A stretch of DNA of 63,192 nucleotides, filler included. It is 8 parts of 8 records of this genome, joined end to end, with 100 filler letters (N's around TTAATTAATTAA, not from the genome) between each part and the next. Parts side by side here need not be neighbours in the genome. Positions count along the whole stretch, not along the records: positions 56,764 to 63,192 come from SRR31156797_11831; 7 more parts are not named here. One strand, 5' to 3'. The position numbers were made by a program, and so were the translations under genes. The notes below the pieces were generated by a model. It saw only the letters and a program-made list of their open reading frames with translations, did no database searches and was not told the DNA's origin. Shown in pieces: positions 57,933-63,192 of the stretch; position 1 is the first letter of the stretch, and each line of letters begins with the position of its first letter.

Positions 57933-59150
57933 TCAGTCGGTACTCAAGGGAACCGGGCCCGTGGTGCTCCATGGTGCGCCGTAAAGGTCGTGCAATGCCA
58001 TGCCTGCGGCGCCGCGTGCCCAGTCCGTATTGTCGATATCGTCGACGACGATCTGCGAAACATCACCCAGGGATGTCGAGATCGCTTCCGCAAGGGAACG
58101 CCGCATCGGCGCCAGCAGATAGTCACCGAGAACCAGGGCCCGGCCGACCAGAACGACCCGCGGCGGCGCGAACAAGGTGACGATGTTGGCAATCACGCGG
58201 CCCAGCACCTCACCCGACCGGGCGATGGCGCCGGTCAGTTCGGTATTTCCCGATTTGAGCAGCGACAGAACGTATTCCATGCCACGGCCCTGGCCGAGAA
58301 CATTGGCATATTCGGGATCGTGACGCAGGGCGTCGCGGATCAGGTTGTTGGGGGTGAACATGTCGGCACGGGTGAGGGCGGGCGGATCGGATTCCGAGGC
58401 TGCCACAACCATGCTGCCGACATCGAAACTCATGCCGCGGGCGCCCCGGAACAACTGGCCCTCATGCATGACGCCCAGGTCGATGGAACGTTCGATACTG
58501 ACAACGATGAAATCCTCGAAGTCGCCGTAATCGCGAAACCAATGTTCGGCCACGGCTGCGGCGTTGGCGTCGCTTTCGATGGTGATCGGCAGATCGAACC
58601 GGCGCGACAGGATTTCGCCAAAGGGAATATTGATGTCCTTGAGGATCGGGCTGTAGCGGACGAAGCCGGAACTGTGCTCGATAAGGCCCGGCAGGGCGAC
58701 GCACAGGCTTTTGATGTCCTTGAGCCACAAATTGGCATCGGCGACGCAACGCTTGACGCCGTCTTCGATCAGATCGGTCACGACCATCACTGTCTGGCGA
58801 TCGACACGAACCGGAATGCTGACCGAAGCCAGGATATCGCCCTTGAAGTCGGTCACGACGAGGACGATGCCCTGAGGTGCGATCCGGATTCCGATAACGC
58901 GCGCGGCATCGGGATTGATGTCGAGCATGACGCGTGGGCGGCCGCGCGAGGAACTTCGGATGCCGCCGGTTGGCCGCGGTACAATCAGTTGATCGTCGAG
59001 AAGCGCGGCGGTGATTGCCGAGATCGTCGTCGAACTCAATTCGGTCTGTGCACAGATGTCGGTTCGGCAGATCGGACCACGGCGACGGATCGAGTCCATG
59101 ACGTGATACCGGTTGATCGCCCTCATCAGTTCCGGATCGGCTGTTTTCAC
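57933..59150 (-). CDS. ROK family transcriptional repressor
   Basis: N-terminal wHTH with RGRPR; ALPGLIE; IESDANAAAVAEHWF; LFRGARG; WARGAA. Confidence 0.93.
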   Translation of the reverse strand: MKTADPELMRAINRYHVMDSIRRRGPICRTDICAQTELSSTTISAITAALLDDQLIVPRPTGGIRSSSRGRPRVMLDINPDAARVIGIRIAPQGIVLVVTDFKGDILASVSIPVRVDRQTVMVVTDLIEDGVKRCVADANLWLKDIKSLCVALPGLIEHSSGFVRYSPILKDINIPFGEILSRRFDLPITIESDANAAAVAEHWFRDYGDFEDFIVVSIERSIDLGVMHEGQLFRGARGMSFDVGSMVVAASESDPPALTRADMFTPNNLIRDALRHDPEYANVLGQGRGMEYVLSLLKSGNTELTGAIARSGEVLGRVIANIVTLFAPPRVVLVGRALVLGDYLLAPMRRSLAEAISTSLGDVSQIVVDDIDNTDWARGAAGMALHDLYGAPWSTTGPVPLSTD

Positions 59151-59182
59151 GCGGTCACCTCGTGACTGGAGTGTCTTGTCAT

Positions 59183-59656
59183 TTTATTCCGGTCCAGGAA
59201 AAAATAAGTTTTTTCCAAGTACTTTGAATAAATGGATTTTCCCGCCAAACCATTTCGAATGTCAAGGCTCCTTAACGTTATTTTGAAACGAGGCGGGTGT
59301 GGCCGACGAGCAATTCGATTCGTATATTTACTGCATAAACCGGAATAAATATGGCACAATTGAGCCGCTTACGGGCATTTCCCGCCGCCCGCCGAAGGGG
59401 GAGGTTTGCGGGTGGAAATCAGGTTTTTGGCCGCTATGCTGTAGAATCACGGCGGGGCGGTGCGTTCGATTGGCCGCCGATGGGCCGAAAGAAGCGGAGC
59501 CGGAAAAGCCGGGATATTTATTTCCGCGCTCAGTGAATAATTCCAAGCACCTGCAACGGTGTAATCTGAAAATATAACGTAAAATCAATTAGATGCAAAA
59601 TGCGCTTGACATACCTGAGAAAAACAGATGGGATTAAATCCGGTATCCGCGAAAAA
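59183..59656. promoter_or_regulatory. Divergent promoter region with four candidate 23-bp ROK operators and two TTGACA -35 boxes
   Basis: Sites at 59183-59205, 59327-59349 (reverse), 59518-59540 and 59634-59656 share TTWWWTCCG-N6-G and an A-rich end; TTGACA at 59606 (+) and 59260-59265 (-). Confidence 0.6.
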
Positions 59657-59685
59657 TCTCCGGGGATCTAGGGAGGAGTTTAAAG

Positions 59686-60978
59686 ATGTTTCAAGTTGCC
59701 CAGGCCAATATTGCACGCTGCGCTTTGGCCGGCGTTTTTTTAGCCGCGGGATTGGCCGTCACCACATCGGTGTGTGCCGAAACGACCGTTCGGTTGATGC
59801 ACGCGAATAAGAACCAAAGGGATGTCGATGTCTGGCGTTCGATTGCCGACGATTACGAGGCCGCGAACCCCGACGTCAAAGTCAGTATCGAGTTTCTCGA
59901 AAACGAGGCATTCAAAGCCAAGCTTCCGACTTTGCTGCAATCCGATTTCGCGCCCGATCTTTTCTACAGCTGGTCAGGCGGCGTCTTGAAGGAGCAGGCC
60001 AAAACCGGGGCCGTTCAGGACCTGACCGAGGTTCTGCATGCCAACGACGGAACCTGGGCCAAGAAGTATATTCCTGCGGTCATGCGCGGTGTGACGATCG
60101 ACGATCGCGCCCTTTGCGTGCCGTACAAGATGAGCGTCATCGGCTTCTTCTATAACAAGGCCTTGTTCCGCAAGGCCGGCGTCGACGCAGAAGCGATCAA
60201 AACCTGGAAAGATTTCCTGGGTGCGGTCAAGACGCTGAAGGCGGCGGGGATTACGCCGATTTCCGGCGGCGGCGGCGATAAATGGCCCCTGCATTTCTAC
60301 TGGTCCTACCTTGCCCTGCGTATTGGCGGGGAAGAGGCTTTTGCCGCGGCCAAGGCCGGCAAGAACGGTGGTTTCAAGGCAGAGCCTTTCGTCGAAGCCG
60401 GCAGGAAACTGCGGGAACTGGGCGAGCTCGAACCCTTCCAGCCGGGCTATCTCGGCACCCGTTGGCAGGAAGCGTTGAATACCTTCGGTGACGGGCGCGC
60501 CGCCATCATCCTCAGCTTCGAGGACACCTATAATCGCCAAGTCGCGGCTTCGGCCGACGGTAAGGGCATTCCGCGCGACGAAATCGGCATATTTGCCTTC
60601 CCGTCGGTTGAGGGTGGAAAGGGCGCCGAAAGCGCCACATTCGGCGGCGTCAATTGCTGGGCCGTTTCCCGTAACGCACCGGCCGAGGCGCTTGATTTCG
60701 CTAAATTCTTCACGGCCAAGAAAGCCGAGCAGAAGATGGCGGAAAACAACATGCTGATCCCGGTCGCCATCGGCGCCGAAGCCGGATTGAAGGATCCGAT
60801 CATTGCCGACTTTGCCGGCAAGCTGGCGAATTCCAAATTCCACCAGATCTATCTCGATCAGGATTTGGGTCCGTCGGTCGGACGAGTCGTCAACGACATC
60901 ACCGTTGAGGTCGTTTCGGGTTCGATGACACCCGAGGAGGCCGTCGAACAGATTCAGGACGCTTTCGAACTCGAATAG
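59686..60978 (+). CDS. Carbohydrate ABC transporter substrate-binding protein (CUT1)
   Basis: Signal peptide; YEAANPDVKV...ENEAFKAKL...PDLFYSWSGG; FFYNKALF; SD GGGAGGAG. Confidence 0.93.
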   Translation: MFQVAQANIARCALAGVFLAAGLAVTTSVCAETTVRLMHANKNQRDVDVWRSIADDYEAANPDVKVSIEFLENEAFKAKLPTLLQSDFAPDLFYSWSGGVLKEQAKTGAVQDLTEVLHANDGTWAKKYIPAVMRGVTIDDRALCVPYKMSVIGFFYNKALFRKAGVDAEAIKTWKDFLGAVKTLKAAGITPISGGGGDKWPLHFYWSYLALRIGGEEAFAAAKAGKNGGFKAEPFVEAGRKLRELGELEPFQPGYLGTRWQEALNTFGDGRAAIILSFEDTYNRQVAASADGKGIPRDEIGIFAFPSVEGGKGAESATFGGVNCWAVSRNAPAEALDFAKFFTAKKAEQKMAENNMLIPVAIGAEAGLKDPIIADFAGKLANSKFHQIYLDQDLGPSVGRVVNDITVEVVSGSMTPEEAVEQIQDAFELE

Positions 60979-61067
60979 AGAAGCAAGTTTAGTTCGCATC
61001 ATAAAACTGGCCGGTCGCGGCGATTTCCGTCGCGGCCGGCAATATCAACGGACAGAGAACTCAACCA

Positions 61068-62024
61068 ATGGCGTATGCGACCGGCCTCGATGCACGGAAA
61101 TCCTCTCCGATCGGGGCGAAAGCGATTAACCGGAAAAGGGCACCGAATGCCGGTCGGAAAAACATCGGCAACATTTGGCCCGTCCTGGTTCTGTTCCTGC
61201 CCCCGGCGATCCTGCTTTTTACGGTCTTTGTGATTTTGCCGATCGGCGAGGCCGCCTGGTACAGCTTCTTTAAATGGAGCGGCTACGGCTCCCCGGTGGA
61301 TTTCGTCGGGTTCCGCAATTTCGAGATCTTGTTGCGCAATGGCGCTTTCCGGACGGCGCTGACCAACAACGGCCTGATCATCCTGGTTTCGATGGTTCTG
61401 CAACTGCCGCTGGCTTTGTGGCTGGCGACGCTTCTGTTCAACCGAATCCCCGGCGCGACTTCGTTCCGGCTGATCTTTTTTCTGCCCTATGTCCTTGCCG
61501 ATGTTGCGGCCGGCCTGATCTGGCGTTTCGTCTATGACGGCGACTACGGCTTGGTGGCGGCGGTTGCGAGCCTGCTCAATTTCGCAACGCCCTATGTCCT
61601 GGCCGATCGCGACATCGCCATCTATGCGGTGCTGGCCGTCGTCGTCTGGAAGTATTTCGGGTTCCACATGATGCTGTTCATTGCCGGCCTGCAGTCGATC
61701 GACGAATCGCTTTACGAGGCGGCCGATCTGGATGGAGCGACCGCCCTGCAGAAGTTCACCAACGTGACGCTGCCGCTGTTGTTGCCGACCGTCCGTCTAT
61801 CGGTTTTTTTCGCGGTCATCGGGTCGTTGCAGCTGTTCGACCTGATCATGCCGCTGACGGCGGGCGGCCCCTCGAACTCGACCCAGACGATGGTGACGTT
61901 CCTCTACACCTATGGCGTCACGCGGATGAAGGTCGGCTTCGGCAGTGCCGTCGGTGTCGTTCTGTTCGTCATCTGCGTCGTCCTCGCCTTCAGCTACAAA
62001 CGGATTTTCATGCGCAATGACTGA
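61068..62024 (+). CDS. Carbohydrate ABC transporter permease 1
   Basis: FVGFRNF; AGLQSIDESLYEAADLDGA EAA loop; LTAGGP. Confidence 0.95.
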   Translation: MAYATGLDARKSSPIGAKAINRKRAPNAGRKNIGNIWPVLVLFLPPAILLFTVFVILPIGEAAWYSFFKWSGYGSPVDFVGFRNFEILLRNGAFRTALTNNGLIILVSMVLQLPLALWLATLLFNRIPGATSFRLIFFLPYVLADVAAGLIWRFVYDGDYGLVAAVASLLNFATPYVLADRDIAIYAVLAVVVWKYFGFHMMLFIAGLQSIDESLYEAADLDGATALQKFTNVTLPLLLPTVRLSVFFAVIGSLQLFDLIMPLTAGGPSNSTQTMVTFLYTYGVTRMKVGFGSAVGVVLFVICVVLAFSYKRIFMRND

Positions 62025-62892
62025 CACCGCAAAAACGTCAGCACCCAAACAGAACGGGCGCCGTCGGCGGATCGGGTTCGTCGGCTATCTGTACATCTAT
62101 GCCAGCCTGTTCATTATTGCGGCGATCGTGATGATCCCGTTGCTGACGACGGCGTTGGGCGGCCTCAAATCGCTAGGCGAACTCAGGGTCAACCCCTTCG
62201 GCCTGCCCCAGGATTGGCAGTGGTCGAACTATTGGGACATCCTGGTCAGCCTGCGCTACTGGCAGATGCTGTTCAATTCCATGGTGATCGCCATTTTCAC
62301 CGTCGGGCTGACCGTCATGGTGGCGGCGATGGCCGCCTTCACCCTGGCCCACGTCCATTTCTTCGGCGCCAACTTCCTGATGAATTATTTTCTGATCGGT
62401 CTGATGTTCCCGATCGCGACGGCGATTCTGCCGCTGTTCATCCGCATCCGCGACCTCGGCCTGCTCGACAGCTATACCGGTGTTGTGCTGCCGCAGGTCG
62501 CCTTCGGCCTCGGGATGAGTATTTTGCTGTTCCGCAATTTCTTCCGCAACGTGCCGCGCGAACTGTTCGATGCGGCGCTGGTCGACGGCAGCGGCTATAT
62601 CCGCTTTTTCTGGTACATCACCCTGCCGCTATCCCGTCCGATCCTGGCGACAGTGGGCATCGTCGCCTTCGTTCACAGCTGGAACAGCTACATCATGCCG
62701 CTGATCATGCTGAACAGCCAGGACAAGTACCCCTGGCCGCTCGGCATCATGGTCTATCAGGGCGAATTCTCGACGGATTGGCATCTGGTTCTTGCCTTCA
62801 TCACGCTGACCATTCTGCCCACCGTCATCGTCTTTTTCGCCGCCCAGAAACACATCGTCGCGGGTCTGACGGCCGGCGCCGTCAAGGGTTGA
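62017..62892 (+). CDS. Carbohydrate ABC transporter permease 2
   Basis: Start ATG 62017; PRELFDAALVDGSG EAA loop; C-terminal GLTAGAVKG. Confidence 0.95.
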   Translation: MTDTAKTSAPKQNGRRRRIGFVGYLYIYASLFIIAAIVMIPLLTTALGGLKSLGELRVNPFGLPQDWQWSNYWDILVSLRYWQMLFNSMVIAIFTVGLTVMVAAMAAFTLAHVHFFGANFLMNYFLIGLMFPIATAILPLFIRIRDLGLLDSYTGVVLPQVAFGLGMSILLFRNFFRNVPRELFDAALVDGSGYIRFFWYITLPLSRPILATVGIVAFVHSWNSYIMPLIMLNSQDKYPWPLGIMVYQGEFSTDWHLVLAFITLTILPTVIVFFAAQKHIVAGLTAGAVKG

Positions 62893-62943
62893 GCCCGTCA
62901 AGGCGCATCAAAAAGCGACCGACAATAGGAGACTTCCGAGGAC

Positions 62944-63192
62944 ATGGCATCGATCGCAATTCAAACGGTCTGCAAATCGTTCGGCATTCACCAGGTTCTA
63001 TTCGACGTTTCAATCGATATCGACGACGGCGAGTTCGTGATCCTGGTCGGGCCGTCGGGATGCGGGAAATCCACCCTCCTGCGGATGATCGCCGGTCTTG
63101 AGGACATCACCGCCGGCGATATCAAAATCGGCGAACGCATCGTCAATAACTTGGCGCCGAAGGATCGCGACATCGCCATGGTGTTCCAGAAC
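62944..63192 (+). CDS. Sugar ABC transporter ATP-binding subunit (MalK/UgpC-like), truncated
   Basis: [14 protein letters not shown]...[25 protein letters not shown]...[10 protein letters not shown]; absent from the ORF track because it has no stop in the window. Confidence 0.95.
   Translation, partial: MASIAIQTVCKSFGIHQVLFDVSIDIDDGEFVILVGPSGCGKSTLLRMIAGLEDITAGDIKIGERIVNNLAPKDRDIAMVFQN

Noticed and set aside
59560-59572. TGTAATCTGAAAA matching the contig B promoter element
   Set aside because: A 13-nt AT-rich match in a different organism; most likely chance.
57990-63101. Long antisense or alternative-frame ORFs (391, 342, 295 and 222 aa)
   Set aside because: Shadow ORFs of GC-rich genes that already have clear family motifs.
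1-63192. tRNA, rRNA, IS transposases, reverse transcriptase, alternative genetic code
   Set aside because: None recognised; the long ORFs read through cleanly in the standard code.

Overview
This window is not one replicon. It is eight unrelated contig fragments joined by seven artificial 100-nt spacers (N-run + TTAATTAATTAA + N-run), so gene context must not be read across the joins. (A) 1-5061: three tandem paralogous secreted proteins with Cys-rich/DUF11-like parts and Gly-Cys-Ser C-terminal tails. (B) 5162-17536: very AT-rich bacterium, accessory region with a DMT exporter, SBP, three GNATs, an APH-like kinase, DUF1801, a diguanylate cyclase, a Cys-rich ECF sigma factor and a DUF2075 nuclease-helicase. 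(C) 17637-23396: Methanosarcinaceae-like archaeon with type IV pilus/T2SS ATPase and platform genes, a MinD-like protein, tsr3, a TIGR00725 protein and a structured intergenic repeat. (D) 23497-29790: surface-polysaccharide modification cluster. (E) 29891-39511: two-partner secretion pair with a giant hyper-acidic TpsA. (F) 39612-44977: Bacteroidota fragment (GH95, SRAP, GHL10). (G) 45078-56663: podovirus-like phage ejection/internal virion protein locus with a 2406-aa polyvalent protein carrying a PBECR-type nuclease. (H) 56764-63192: GC-rich proteobacterial sugar ABC transporter with a ROK repressor and a Gfo/Idh/MocA oxidoreductase. Best leads: a GLL[A/S/N] motif shared across the phage ejection proteins; repeat-bounded modular cargo in the polyvalent protein; a structured archaeal repeat unit; a Cys-rich ECF sigma with a perfect TGTCACA-N16-CGTC promoter in front of its convergent neighbour; an apparent ATT start codon on the DUF2075 gene; a Walker-A-degenerate MinD next to a pilus operon; and two forms of GCS C-terminal tail. 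All family assignments come from motif recognition by eye, not database searches.
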